33,701 nt of DNA from Minisyncoccota bacterium (GTDB taxonomy: Bacteria; Patescibacteriota; Minisyncoccia; UBA6257; Colwellbacteraceae): positions 1-33,701 of the forward strand of contig DATDUH010000010.1 in the NCBI GenBank assembly GCA_036517755.1, read 5' to 3'. Shown piece by piece: positions 13,141 to 22,214 of this stretch. A model generated the notes under the pieces. The model had not been told where the DNA came from. It searched no databases and was given only the letters and a program-made list of their open reading frames with translations. A program made the translations under genes and the position numbers. Each line of letters opens with the position of its first letter. Position 1 is the first letter of the stretch.

Positions 13141-13195
13141 AAAGTGGGGAAAAGTGGATAAGTATGTGGAAAACCCCACTTTTCTGTGGATAAGT
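13141..13195 (+). promoter_or_regulatory. Direct-repeat GTGG boxes upstream of mraZ (putative MraZ operator)
   Basis: AAAGTGGGGA, AAAGTGGATA, AGTATGTGGA, then TTTCTGTGGATAAG. GTGG occurs at 13144, 13154, 13166 and 13186. MraZ is known to bind direct repeats in its own promoter region. Confidence 0.45.
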
Positions 13196-13212
13196 CTCGA
13201 GATTATAAGATT

Positions 13213-13644
13213 ATGCTGATCGGGGAATTTCATCACAGTCTTGATCTTAAGGGGAGAATCGCCATCCCCTCAAAATTCAGAAGCAAAATTTCTGGCGGGG
13301 CTATCATTACCCGCGGCCTTGATCATTGCCTTTTCGTTTTTACTAAAAAGGATTGGCAAGTCTTAGCTCAAAAATTAATTAGTCTGCCGCTGGCCCAAGC
13401 TAATTCCCGGGCTTTTGTCAGGTTGATGCTGGCTGGCGCGGCTGATGCGGACCTTGACTCCCAGGGGAGAATTTTGGTTCCTGATTATTTAAGGAGTTAC
13501 GCCGGTCTCAAGAAATCCGCTAGTGTGATCGGCGTCTATAACCGATTGGAAATCTGGGATGACCGCACCTGGGAGCAGTATCGAAAGAAAACTGAAGGCT
13601 CCTCGGATGAGATTGCGGAGAAGATGGCTGATCTGGGGATTTAG
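13213..13644 (+). CDS. mraZ: Transcriptional regulator MraZ (ATG 13213 preferred; the track uses GTG 13186)
   Basis: MLIGEFHHSLDLKGRIAIPSKFR and a second DSQGRILVP repeat are the two MraZ/SpoVT-AbrB halves. Confidence 0.9.
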   Translation: MLIGEFHHSLDLKGRIAIPSKFRSKISGGAIITRGLDHCLFVFTKKDWQVLAQKLISLPLAQANSRAFVRLMLAGAADADLDSQGRILVPDYLRSYAGLKKSASVIGVYNRLEIWDDRTWEQYRKKTEGSSDEIAEKMADLGI

Positions 13645-14529
13645 ATGGCAGCGCCCGTTCTTTTAAATCAGGTTTTGGAAGCGCTTCGATTGAGCCCAAG
13701 TAAATTCATTATTGACGGGACGCTCGGTGCTGGCGGACACGCGAGGTCGATCATCGAACGATTAGCGTCAGGCGGAATTTTCTTGGGCCTAGATTGGGAC
13801 GAGACAGCCGTTAGGTCGTTCGAGGAATCGATGAAGGGACCGAGGGTTGGTTCGGCGAGGGTTATTTTGCGAAACAGGAATTACGTCGATTTACCCGAAG
13901 TTCTCGAAGAGGAAAAGTTGGGCAAGGCTGATGGGTTGCTTCTCGATCTCGGTTTCTCGGTCGAACAACTCGGAATTGGCCGAGGATTCAGTTTCAATCG
14001 CGATGAGCCCCTTATGATGACTTATAACGCTAAGAGGCCGCCGACCAGCGAGATCCTCAAGCGATTGAAACAAGACGAGCTCGAGAAAATTATCCGTCGT
14101 TTCAGCGATGAGCGTTACGCAGGAAGAATCGCCGCTCTTATTTACGAAAGAGAAAAACAGGAACCGATTATGACGAGCGGCGAGTTGGCTCGAGTGATCC
14201 GCCAAGCCGTGCCCCGAGGATACGAGAGGGGAAGAATCGATCCAGCCACGAGAACCTTTATGGCCCTAAGAATCTATGTGAACGACGAGATGGAGAATCT
14301 GGAGGGGTTGCTTAAAAATCTGACCCAGATTGTGAAATCCGGAGGCCGAGTAGCCGTCATTTCTTTTCACTCTCTCGAAGATCGTTTAGTGAAGAACCAC
14401 TTCCGGGAGGGGGCGAAAAGAGGCGAGCTCGTCCTCATTAATAAAAAGCCCATTAGGGCAACTGATGAAGAAATTAAAGAGAATCCGAGGAGTCGAAGCG
14501 CCAAACTAAGAGTCGCCGAAATAATTTAA
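13645..14529 (+). CDS. rsmH: 16S rRNA (cytosine1402-N4)-methyltransferase
   Basis: 294 aa. DGTLGAGGHA SAM motif, LLDLGFSVEQL and ISFHSLEDRLVK motifs. Position after mraZ. Confidence 0.9.
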   Translation: MAAPVLLNQVLEALRLSPSKFIIDGTLGAGGHARSIIERLASGGIFLGLDWDETAVRSFEESMKGPRVGSARVILRNRNYVDLPEVLEEEKLGKADGLLLDLGFSVEQLGIGRGFSFNRDEPLMMTYNAKRPPTSEILKRLKQDELEKIIRRFSDERYAGRIAALIYEREKQEPIMTSGELARVIRQAVPRGYERGRIDPATRTFMALRIYVNDEMENLEGLLKNLTQIVKSGGRVAVISFHSLEDRLVKNHFREGAKRGELVLINKKPIRATDEEIKENPRSRSAKLRVAEII

Positions 14530-14555
14530 TAGTTCGACAGGCTCACCATAAAAAA

Positions 14556-14849
14556 ATGACCATTGTTCAACCAAATAAATATCGAGATATCCGCCGGTTA
14601 ATCCTGGCTCTGGGTTCGATTCTTGTCGCCACATTTACTATTGTTGTTTTTGACTATATCGAGACGGTCAACTTAAGGCACGAACTTTCGAACCGGAATG
14701 AATCCCTCGAAGAGATGAAAGTTAAAAACGCCGAGCTGAAAAACCAGTTCTATAATCTGGTTGACGCTTCCAACTTAGAAAAACTGGCGGCTGAAAAAGG
14801 GTTCGTTCAAGATCGTAATCCGCAATGGGCGCTCGAATCACCCTTTTAA
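14556..14849 (+). CDS. ftsL: FtsL-like cell division protein (single TM helix plus coiled coil)
   Basis: 97 aa with a TM helix (LILALGSILVATFTIVVF) then a coiled coil. The position between rsmH and ftsI is conserved. The sequence alone is weakly diagnostic. Confidence 0.55.
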   Translation: MTIVQPNKYRDIRRLILALGSILVATFTIVVFDYIETVNLRHELSNRNESLEEMKVKNAELKNQFYNLVDASNLEKLAAEKGFVQDRNPQWALESPF

Positions 14850-16453
14850 TAATTGGTTTTAGTGTTTTTTACGCGTTCCTGATTTTTAATATTTACAATC
14901 TTCAGGTTACTAAAAATGATTACTATAGCGCCCAAGCTGCTTCAATCAATCGTTTAGCCGGCCTCTTATCTCCCCGGCGAGGGGAAATTTATTTTACCGA
15001 TAAAGACGGCAGTCGCATTCCGGTTGCCATTAATAAAGATTATCCGGCTATTTTTGCGGTGCCGAGCGAGATCGAAGACCCCCTCGAGGCAGCCGAGGTC
15101 TTGGCTAACATCAGCGGCCGCGATCGGACGGAATTAGTCGAAATTTTGAGCAAGAAAGATGACCCTTATGAACCGATTGTGGAACGGGCGACTTCGGCTC
15201 AAATCGAACTGCTTAATCAATATAAAATTCCCGGTGTTTATGCCGGAAGCGACCAGGCTCGTTTTTATCCCCTCGAGGCAGTGGCGGCCCATCTTATTGG
15301 TTTTACTTCAGTTGACGAAGAAAATCCCGGCGGCCGTTATGGCCTTGAAGCTTATTGGGAGAACGAACTTGGCGGAGAGGCGGGGCTAAGCGAAGGAGAT
15401 AAACTCGTCTCGCCGGAGCCAGGCCAGAATATCTATCTAACCATTGACCGAAACATCCAAGTTCAGGCTGAAAATATTCTTGAAAAGTTGATTAGCGATT
15501 ACCGGGCTCAAGGCGGAACGGTAATAGTGGCCGATCCCCGGACGGGCAAGATTTTAGCTCTGGGCAGCTATCCTGATTTCGACCCTAATAATTATGGTCA
15601 GTTTCCGGTGGCCGACTTCCTGAATCCGGCGGTTCAGGCGGTTTACGAACCAGGCTCGATTTTTAAAGTAATCACTATGGCCGCCGCCATGGATGCCGGT
15701 AAAATCACGCCAGAGACCACTTTTTATGATTCCGGTTCGCTGACCTTGAATGGCCGGACTATTAAAAACTGGGATCTTAAAGCGCACGGAACAGTAACAA
15801 TGATGAACGTAATCGAGAAATCGATTAACACCGGTGCCGCCTTTGCCGAACGCGCCCTGGGAAATCAAGCTTTTTATAATTATCTAGTTAAATTTGGTCT
15901 TAAAGATAAAACCGAAATTGATCTACCAAGCGAAGTTGTGGGCAGCCTTGAGCCGCTTGAGGTTGACCCCCGGGAAATTAATTTCGCCACTGCTAGTTTT
16001 GGCCAGGGAATTTCGATGACGCCGATTCAGCTTTTGACTGCCATTAGCGCCATTGCTAACCACGGCGTGATGACGAAACCCTATGTTGATGCTCGAGAAG
16101 AACCCGAGGTGGTGGGGAGGGTGGTTTCTGAAGAAGCGAGCCGGCAAGTGGTTGAAATGATGGTCTCGGCGGTAAACAAGGCCGAGATTGCGAGAATCCC
16201 TGGTTACAATGTGGCTGGTAAAACCGGCACGGCTCAAGTGCCGAATTTCGCTACGGGCGGCTACACCGACGAAGTTATTAATACCTATATTGGTTTTGCC
16301 CCGGCCTACGATCCGCAGTTCATTATTATGATTAAAATGAACAAACCTGCCGGTGCGCCTTTGGCGGGTCTCACTGTTGTGCCGGCCTTTCGGGAGTTGG
16401 CTCAATTCGTGATTAATTACTACAACATTCCGCCAGATAATATTGGCCAGTAA
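14825..16453 (+). CDS. ftsI: Penicillin-binding protein (class B transpeptidase, FtsI/PBP2-like)
   Basis: 542 aa with an N-terminal TM anchor, SxxK (GSIFKV), SxN (KSINTG) and KTG (GKTGTAQV) motifs. Confidence 0.9.
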   Translation: MGARITLLIIGFSVFYAFLIFNIYNLQVTKNDYYSAQAASINRLAGLLSPRRGEIYFTDKDGSRIPVAINKDYPAIFAVPSEIEDPLEAAEVLANISGRDRTELVEILSKKDDPYEPIVERATSAQIELLNQYKIPGVYAGSDQARFYPLEAVAAHLIGFTSVDEENPGGRYGLEAYWENELGGEAGLSEGDKLVSPEPGQNIYLTIDRNIQVQAENILEKLISDYRAQGGTVIVADPRTGKILALGSYPDFDPNNYGQFPVADFLNPAVQAVYEPGSIFKVITMAAAMDAGKITPETTFYDSGSLTLNGRTIKNWDLKAHGTVTMMNVIEKSINTGAAFAERALGNQAFYNYLVKFGLKDKTEIDLPSEVVGSLEPLEVDPREINFATASFGQGISMTPIQLLTAISAIANHGVMTKPYVDAREEPEVVGRVVSEEASRQVVEMMVSAVNKAEIARIPGYNVAGKTGTAQVPNFATGGYTDEVINTYIGFAPAYDPQFIIMIKMNKPAGAPLAGLTVVPAFRELAQFVINYYNIPPDNIGQ

Positions 16454-16479
16454 ACCAAACTTTGTTATGATGGCGATGA

Positions 16480-16554
16480 GCCGCTATCGTCTAGTCTGGC
16501 CTAGGACGCATGGTTCTCATCCATGTAACTCGGGTTCGAATCCCGATGGCGGCG
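16480..16554 (+). tRNA. tRNA-Glu (anticodon CTC)
   Basis: Acceptor gccgcta/tggcggc (one G-T pair), anticodon stem catgg/ccatg, loop ttCTCat, T arm tcggg-ttcgaat-cccga. Confidence 0.8.
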
Positions 16555-16585
16555 CAAAATCATAGATTTTGTTAAGCTTATTAAG

Positions 16586-17539
16586 ATGGCTTCTTTTGAA
16601 GAGGCGATAAAAAAGTATCCGGAGCAGTTTAGTTACGAACCGGAGGTTAAGAATCCCGCGTCGGCCAAATTTAGTAAGTTTGTGATTGCCGGTATGGGCG
16701 GCTCTGGTTTAGTGCCTGAACTTATTAAGGCGCTGAAACCAGAGTTTGATATTATCCCTCATCACGACTACAACTTACCCACTATTTCCGAAGAGGAGTT
16801 ACGTAACCGACTTTTAATCGCTGTTTCTTACTCTGGTAACACTAAGGAAACAATTAATTTCTTTAATCAGGCGCAGAGCCATGGTTTAAATGTTAGCGTC
16901 ATCACCACCGGCGGCGAACTTTTATCTTTGGCCAAAGAGAAGAATGTCCCCTATATTCAGATTCCTGAGATCGGCGTCCCGCCCCGAATGGCTGTTGGTT
17001 CAATGGTAAGAGCGTGCCTTAAATTAATGGGTGAGAAGGCGTTGCTTGAAGAATTAAAAGAGTTGAGCGCCTCACTCGAGCCAATGCGCTGGGAAAAACA
17101 GGGGGAAGAGCTGGCCGCTCGACTTTTCAATAAGGTCGCCATCATTTACACCTCGGTTCGCAATCAAGCCCTAGCTTATAACTGGAAAATAAGATTGAAC
17201 GAAACAGGGAAAACCCCAGCCTTTTTTAATGTCTTGCCCGAGCTTGCTCATAACGAAATAGCCGTTCCGGCGGATAAGCCCTATCCGTTTTTTATCCTTG
17301 TTAAGGACGATGAAGATAATTCTCGAATAAAAAAGGGAATGGATTTCTTGGAGCAGATTTATCTCACAGCCGGAAGATGGACGATTTCGTTACCTCTCGA
17401 GGGAGAATCAAGACCAGCGCGATTTTTCAACTCGATTCTTCTAGCTGATTGGACGAGTTTCTATCTTGCTCGAAAATTGGGGTTCGCATGGGATGAGGCA
17501 TCGATGATCGAGAGATTCAAGAAATATGGTCAAGGATAG
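16586..17539 (+). CDS. SIS-domain sugar isomerase, bifunctional phosphoglucose/phosphomannose isomerase-like
   Basis: 317 aa. GMGGSG and SYSGNTKET SIS motifs. Length and layout resemble PGI/PMI-family enzymes. Confidence 0.6.
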   Translation: MASFEEAIKKYPEQFSYEPEVKNPASAKFSKFVIAGMGGSGLVPELIKALKPEFDIIPHHDYNLPTISEEELRNRLLIAVSYSGNTKETINFFNQAQSHGLNVSVITTGGELLSLAKEKNVPYIQIPEIGVPPRMAVGSMVRACLKLMGEKALLEELKELSASLEPMRWEKQGEELAARLFNKVAIIYTSVRNQALAYNWKIRLNETGKTPAFFNVLPELAHNEIAVPADKPYPFFILVKDDEDNSRIKKGMDFLEQIYLTAGRWTISLPLEGESRPARFFNSILLADWTSFYLARKLGFAWDEASMIERFKKYGQG

Positions 17540-17861
17540 ACTGATTCTTTTCTTTTTTCTTTCCAGCTTCCTTTTTATTACGCTGGCGGGACTCGTTGGT
17601 TATGTCGGCCTGCCCCAGAATCCGGGCGGCCCGTTGATTATTAAGTTAAACCGATCGAGCGACCAGATTGATTTAGCCGGTGGGGTCGGCACTTTCTTCG
17701 GTGTTTTAGGAGTGGTTTTCACAATGTTTTTGATTAACTTATTTTTGGCTTGGCAGATTTACCAGAGGGATCGTTTCTTTTCCTATGTGATCGGGGCAGG
17801 GACGTTAGTTGTTTCACTCCTTTTTTTGATAGTGTCTGGGGTAATTGCGACCCTGAATTAG
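17526..17861 (+). CDS. Hypothetical membrane protein (three predicted TM helices)
   Basis: 111 aa, strongly hydrophobic segments, 14-nt overlap with the upstream gene. Confidence 0.5.
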   Translation: MVKDRLILFFFLSSFLFITLAGLVGYVGLPQNPGGPLIIKLNRSSDQIDLAGGVGTFFGVLGVVFTMFLINLFLAWQIYQRDRFFSYVIGAGTLVVSLLFLIVSGVIATLN

Positions 17862-17906
17862 GATTGACTTGACTCTTTGGGTCTGGCCAAGTTTAATAGA
17901 AAAGCT

Positions 17907-18221
17907 ATGTTTGCTGTAATCGAGACCGGCGGGAAGCAGTATAAGGTTTCTCCGGGAGATAAAATTAAAATCGAGAAAGTGGAGGCGCCGGAGGGCGGCG
18001 ACTTCGTTTTCGACAAGGTGCTCCTCTTAAACAACGAGAAAGAGGTAAAAGTCGGCGAACCGTATCTCGAGGCAGCCAAAGTTGAGGCTAAGGTTCTTCG
18101 GCAAGCCAGGGCTAAAAAAGTAATTGTTTTTCGTTATCATTCCAAGACCCGTTATCGTAAAAAGAAAGGCCATCGTCAACCATTCACCGAAGTAGAAATC
18201 ACTAAAATCAGCGGCTCCTAA
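17907..18221 (+). CDS. rplU: 50S ribosomal protein L21 (ATG 17907; the track ORF starts at 17877)
   Basis: MFAVIETGGKQYKVSPGDKIKIEKV... is the canonical L21 N-terminus. C-terminal KKGHRQPFTEVEI. Confidence 0.9.
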   Translation: MFAVIETGGKQYKVSPGDKIKIEKVEAPEGGDFVFDKVLLLNNEKEVKVGEPYLEAAKVEAKVLRQARAKKVIVFRYHSKTRYRKKKGHRQPFTEVEITKISGS

Positions 18222-18262
18222 CCTGCCTCGCCGAGTCAAGGCGGGGAGGCCGCTGATTTTGA

Positions 18263-18271
18263 TGATATAAT
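18263..18271 (+). promoter_or_regulatory. Extended -10 element TGATATAAT upstream of cysS
   Basis: TGnTATAAT match ending 9 nt before ATG 18281 and abutting the TTG at 18272. Confidence 0.45.
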
Positions 18272-19684
18272 TTGAGTACGATGGTCAGGTTTTATAACAC
18301 CCTCTCGCGGAAGAAGGAGACATTTAGACCAATCTTAAAGAAAACCGTTCGGCTCTATACTTGCGGCCCTACGGTTTATTATTTTGCCCATATCGGCAAC
18401 CTCCGCACCTATATTTTTGAAGATATTCTCCGGCGGACTTTGGAGTATAACGGCTATCGGGTCAAGCACGTGATGAATATCACTGATGTCGGCCACTTAA
18501 CCGGCGATCGAGATATGGGTGAGGATAAACTCGAGAAAGAAGCCAAAAAGGAGCGTAAATCAGCCTGGGATTTAGCTCGATTCTATACCAAGTCGTTTTT
18601 TAGCGACACCAAGAAGTTAAATATTTTACCGCCCCATCATTTAGCTCGGGCTACCGATTATATCAAGGAGCAGATTAAGCTGGTTCAGGTTTTAGAGAAA
18701 AAGGGTTATACCTATCGAACTTCAGACGGCATTTACTTCGATACTTCAAAACTGAAAGATTACGGCAAGTTAGCCAAACAGAACTTAAAAGAATTAAAAG
18801 AAGGAGCGCGGGTTGAGAAAAATCCGGAAAAAAGAAATCCAACGGATTTTGCGCTTTGGAAATTTGCGAAGCCTGGCGAGAAGCGGCAGATGGAATGGAA
18901 CTCGCCCTGGGGCAAACATTCTTTTCCCGGTTGGCACATTGAGTGTTCAGCCATTTCTACTCAAATTCTCGGCCAGCCGTTTGATATTCATACTGGCGGC
19001 GTTGATCATATTCCGATTCACCACACGAACGAAATCGCTCAAAGCGAGGCGGCTTACGGCAAACCCTTGGCCCACTTTTGGCTCCACGGCGAATTTCTAG
19101 TGCTCGACAAAACCCGGATGGGTAAATCAGAGGGCAATATCATCACGCTCCCAAAATTAATTGATAAAGAATACGACCCCTTGAGTTATCGTTATTTGGT
19201 TCTTAACGCCCATTACCGCTCAAAACTTAAATTCACTTGGAAGGCGCTTGAAGCTGCTGAAAATGGCCTAGCTAATCTTCATCGTGAAATCGCTCATCTT
19301 ATTTTCCTTCAAGACGAGAAAGCTCGGGGCGAAACCAACCTAAAAAAGAAATATGAAAAAGATTTTCTCGAGGCCATTAATAATGACTTGGATATGCCTC
19401 GGGCCTTGGTAGTTCTTCAGCGTCTGCTTCAGTCTCGCTTGAGCCCGAAGATTAAAATTGAGCTCGTTTTTAAATTCGATAAGGTTTTGGGTCTTGATTT
19501 GCTTCGAGCCCGCGATTTACTGAAATTGCCCCCTCAAGTCAAAAAGATTGTTAAGGAGAGAGAGAAAGAAAGGACCCATAAACAGTTTGTTCAGGCCGAC
19601 CGCTTGAGAAAAAGGGTAGAGGCGTTAGGATATACCATAGAAGATACGCCTCAAGGACCCTTCGTATGGCTGAAAAGAATTTAA
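18272..19684 (+). CDS. cysS: Cysteine--tRNA ligase (start TTG 18272 or, more likely, ATG 18281)
   Basis: 470 aa. [17 protein letters not shown] (HIGH-type) and RMGKSEGN (KMSKS-type) motifs. Confidence 0.93.
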   Translation: MSTMVRFYNTLSRKKETFRPILKKTVRLYTCGPTVYYFAHIGNLRTYIFEDILRRTLEYNGYRVKHVMNITDVGHLTGDRDMGEDKLEKEAKKERKSAWDLARFYTKSFFSDTKKLNILPPHHLARATDYIKEQIKLVQVLEKKGYTYRTSDGIYFDTSKLKDYGKLAKQNLKELKEGARVEKNPEKRNPTDFALWKFAKPGEKRQMEWNSPWGKHSFPGWHIECSAISTQILGQPFDIHTGGVDHIPIHHTNEIAQSEAAYGKPLAHFWLHGEFLVLDKTRMGKSEGNIITLPKLIDKEYDPLSYRYLVLNAHYRSKLKFTWKALEAAENGLANLHREIAHLIFLQDEKARGETNLKKKYEKDFLEAINNDLDMPRALVVLQRLLQSRLSPKIKIELVFKFDKVLGLDLLRARDLLKLPPQVKKIVKEREKERTHKQFVQADRLRKRVEALGYTIEDTPQGPFVWLKRI

Positions 19685-21042
19685 GACTACCGCCTCAAGA
19701 CCTCGAAGCTGAACAGTCGGTTTTGGGTTCATTGATGCTGGATAAAGAAGCGATTACCGCTGTCGCTGATTTGCTCGCTCCCAACGATTTTTATAAAAAG
19801 GCCAACGAGATAATTTACCGGGCGGCTCTTGAACTTTGGGATGACCGGGAGCCGATTGATATTTTAAGTGTGAGCGCCGCTCTTAAAAAAAGCGGCGAAT
19901 TGAAAGAAATCAGCGGGGTTGGGTATCTGACCGAACTTGTGAATTCAGTGCCGAGTGCTTTTCACGTGAGTCATTATGCCAAAATCGTTAAGGAAAAAAG
20001 TGTTTTAAGGAGTTTGATCAACGCCTCGGCTCAAATAACCGAGGAAGCCCTAACCTCTAAAAACGATATTGAAAAATTACTGGACGACGTTGAGCAAAGA
20101 ATCTTTGCTATTTCTCAGCGCTCGATTGCCAAGAACTTTATTCATATTGGCGAGGGACTTAAAGAAGCCTATGAACGGATAGAGAGGCTACACCGGGGAG
20201 AAGGAGCGGGCTTGCGGGGCGTAGCCACTGGTTTTATCCAGCTTGATAATATTCTCTCCGGTCTTCAACCGTCTGATTTGATTGTGGTCGGCGCCAGGCC
20301 CTCTTTCGGTAAGACCGCTTTTGTTATGGATATTGCCCGCCATATCGCGGTTAATCTTAAAAAACCAGTCGGAGTTTTCTCTTTGGAAATGAGTCGGCCC
20401 CAGGTCGAGGATCGCCTGATCGCGGCTGAAGCTCAAGTTGATCTCTGGAAGCTAAGAACCGGTCGGCTGAAGGATGAAGTGGAATTTGAGATGCTGGCTG
20501 CCGCTGCCGATCGATTGCGTCCAGCGCCTTTATATATTGATGACAGCCCTTCGCCAAATATTGTCGAGATGCGCTCAATGGCGAGACGCCTTCAGGCCGA
20601 GCAGGGAGAGTTGAGTTTAATCGTGGTTGATTATCTTCAGTTAATCGAGCCCCGGAGAACCACTGACAGCATGGTCCAACAGGTGACCGAGATCTCCCGG
20701 GGCCTTAAAAGTTTAGCCAGGGAGCTTAATGTGCCGATCATCGCCGTTTCCCAGCTTTCCCGGGCGGTTGAACAGAGGGGGATTAAAAGGCCCCAGCTGG
20801 CAGATCTCCGCGAATCCGGCGCGATTGAGCAGGATGCGGATGTAGTTATTTTTCTTTATCCTCGAAGCCAAGATTCCATTGATGCGCCGCCGACTGATGA
20901 CAATACGGTTGAGTTGATTGTGGCTAAACACCGGAATGGGCCCCTCGGAACAGTGCGCTTATTCTTTGACAAACAGCGGGTGAGTTTCCAGAATCTCGAA
21001 CAAACCTATGCAGGTACCGAAGCCGATCAAGCGTTTCGCTGA
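19666..21042 (+). CDS. dnaB: Replicative DNA helicase
   Basis: 458 aa. [18 protein letters not shown]-terminus, Walker [31 protein letters not shown] motifs. Confidence 0.95.
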   Translation: MAEKNLRLPPQDLEAEQSVLGSLMLDKEAITAVADLLAPNDFYKKANEIIYRAALELWDDREPIDILSVSAALKKSGELKEISGVGYLTELVNSVPSAFHVSHYAKIVKEKSVLRSLINASAQITEEALTSKNDIEKLLDDVEQRIFAISQRSIAKNFIHIGEGLKEAYERIERLHRGEGAGLRGVATGFIQLDNILSGLQPSDLIVVGARPSFGKTAFVMDIARHIAVNLKKPVGVFSLEMSRPQVEDRLIAAEAQVDLWKLRTGRLKDEVEFEMLAAAADRLRPAPLYIDDSPSPNIVEMRSMARRLQAEQGELSLIVVDYLQLIEPRRTTDSMVQQVTEISRGLKSLARELNVPIIAVSQLSRAVEQRGIKRPQLADLRESGAIEQDADVVIFLYPRSQDSIDAPPTDDNTVELIVAKHRNGPLGTVRLFFDKQRVSFQNLEQTYAGTEADQAFR

Positions 21043-21610
21043 GATTTTTGCCGGTCTTCCGGGCATTGGTCCGAGGCAGGCGATTCGGCTGGCTTTTTAT
21101 TTTATCCAACAGGGAGTAGATTTCGAGCACTCTACCTCTCAAGTGATTGCTGACCTTAGAAAAATTAAACTTTGCCGGCAGTGTTTTTATATTCACGAGA
21201 ATACGAGTGGGCTTTGTGATATTTGCGAGGATAAGAAGAGAAACCAAGGCGTGATTGCGATTGTTGAGAAAGAAACCGATGTGATGTCGATTGAGAATAC
21301 GGGTAAGTTTAGCGGCCGTTATTTAATTATCGGGGATTTGCGAAAAACCGGCGTCTTGGAGGCGGAACAGCGCCTGCGACTTACGAGCTTAAAAGCCTGG
21401 ATTGAGAAAGAATTAGGCGGCAAAGCCAAAGAGATTATAATTGCCTTAAATCCAACGCCCCAAGGCGACTTGGCTGCTTCCATTATTAAAGAAGAGCTAA
21501 AAAATCTGGCGACGACGGTCACGCGGCTTGGGCGAGGTATCCCCGCCGGCGGCGAAATCGAGTTTGCTGACGAGGAAACCCTAGGAAGCGCCATCGAGAG
21601 GCGAGGGTAG
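21008..21610 (+). CDS. recR: Recombination protein RecR
   Basis: 200 aa. LPGIGPRQAIRLAFY helix-hairpin-helix, CRQC...CDIC zinc finger, Toprim region. Overlaps dnaB by 35 nt. Confidence 0.9.
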   Translation: MQVPKPIKRFAEIFAGLPGIGPRQAIRLAFYFIQQGVDFEHSTSQVIADLRKIKLCRQCFYIHENTSGLCDICEDKKRNQGVIAIVEKETDVMSIENTGKFSGRYLIIGDLRKTGVLEAEQRLRLTSLKAWIEKELGGKAKEIIIALNPTPQGDLAASIIKEELKNLATTVTRLGRGIPAGGEIEFADEETLGSAIERRG

Positions 21611-21613
21611 GGG

Positions 21614-21642
21614 TTGACAATAAGATAGCCGTTCGTTAAATT
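21614..21642 (+). promoter_or_regulatory. Promoter for grpE-dnaK: -35 TTGACA (21614-21619), 17-nt spacer, -10 TAAATT (21637-21642)
   Basis: Motifs read directly. No CIRCE element was seen. Confidence 0.45.
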
Positions 21643-21648
21643 TCGCAA

Positions 21649-22146
21649 TTGAGATTGTTACTAATGACTGAAAAAGAGAGAAAGGCGGAAAAAGATAAGA
21701 AAGAGCCGGAAACAGAGGTTCTGCGCCTGACTAAAGAGAGGGACGAGTACTTAGCTGGCTGGCAGCGGGCGAAGGCTGACCTTATAAACTATAGAAAGGA
21801 AGAATTAAAGCGACTTGAAGAAATAGCGCGATTCGGCAATGCGGATTTAGTTTTAGAATTGCTTTCGGTCCTTGATTCTTTCGATCTAGCCCTTGCCACC
21901 CTCGATAAAAGCGAGGCCGTAGAGAAGGGAATTTACCTTATCAAATCGCGCTTGGAGGATATTTTAAGGAAGAGAGGACTCAAAAGAATAGAAGTTAAAA
22001 AAGGCGAAATTTTTAATCCGGCCCTACATGAGGCGGTGACGATGGTAGAGGGAGGAGAAACAAATACTATCGCGGAGGAGCTGGAGGCCGGCTATCTCTT
22101 TTATGACAAGGTCTTGAGACCGGCCAGAGTAAAGGTCTACAAGTGA
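21649..22146 (+). CDS. grpE: Nucleotide exchange factor GrpE (TTG 21649 per the track; alternative ATG 21664)
   Basis: 165 aa. WQRAKADLINYRKE and the C-terminal beta domain ...GYLFYDKVLRPARVKV. Confidence 0.9.
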   Translation: MRLLLMTEKERKAEKDKKEPETEVLRLTKERDEYLAGWQRAKADLINYRKEELKRLEEIARFGNADLVLELLSVLDSFDLALATLDKSEAVEKGIYLIKSRLEDILRKRGLKRIEVKKGEIFNPALHEAVTMVEGGETNTIAEELEAGYLFYDKVLRPARVKVYK

Positions 22147-22214
22147 ATTTTGTATCGTGTATTATGTATGGCGTATGCGTAATACATAATTCGAAATACT
22201 AAATACAAAATACT

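Noticed and set aside
13014-13195. Calling this box cluster the chromosomal replication origin.
   Set aside because: dnaA and dnaN are not nearby and I could not compute GC skew. The boxes are better explained as MraZ operator repeats. It is kept only as a check within the mraZ finding.
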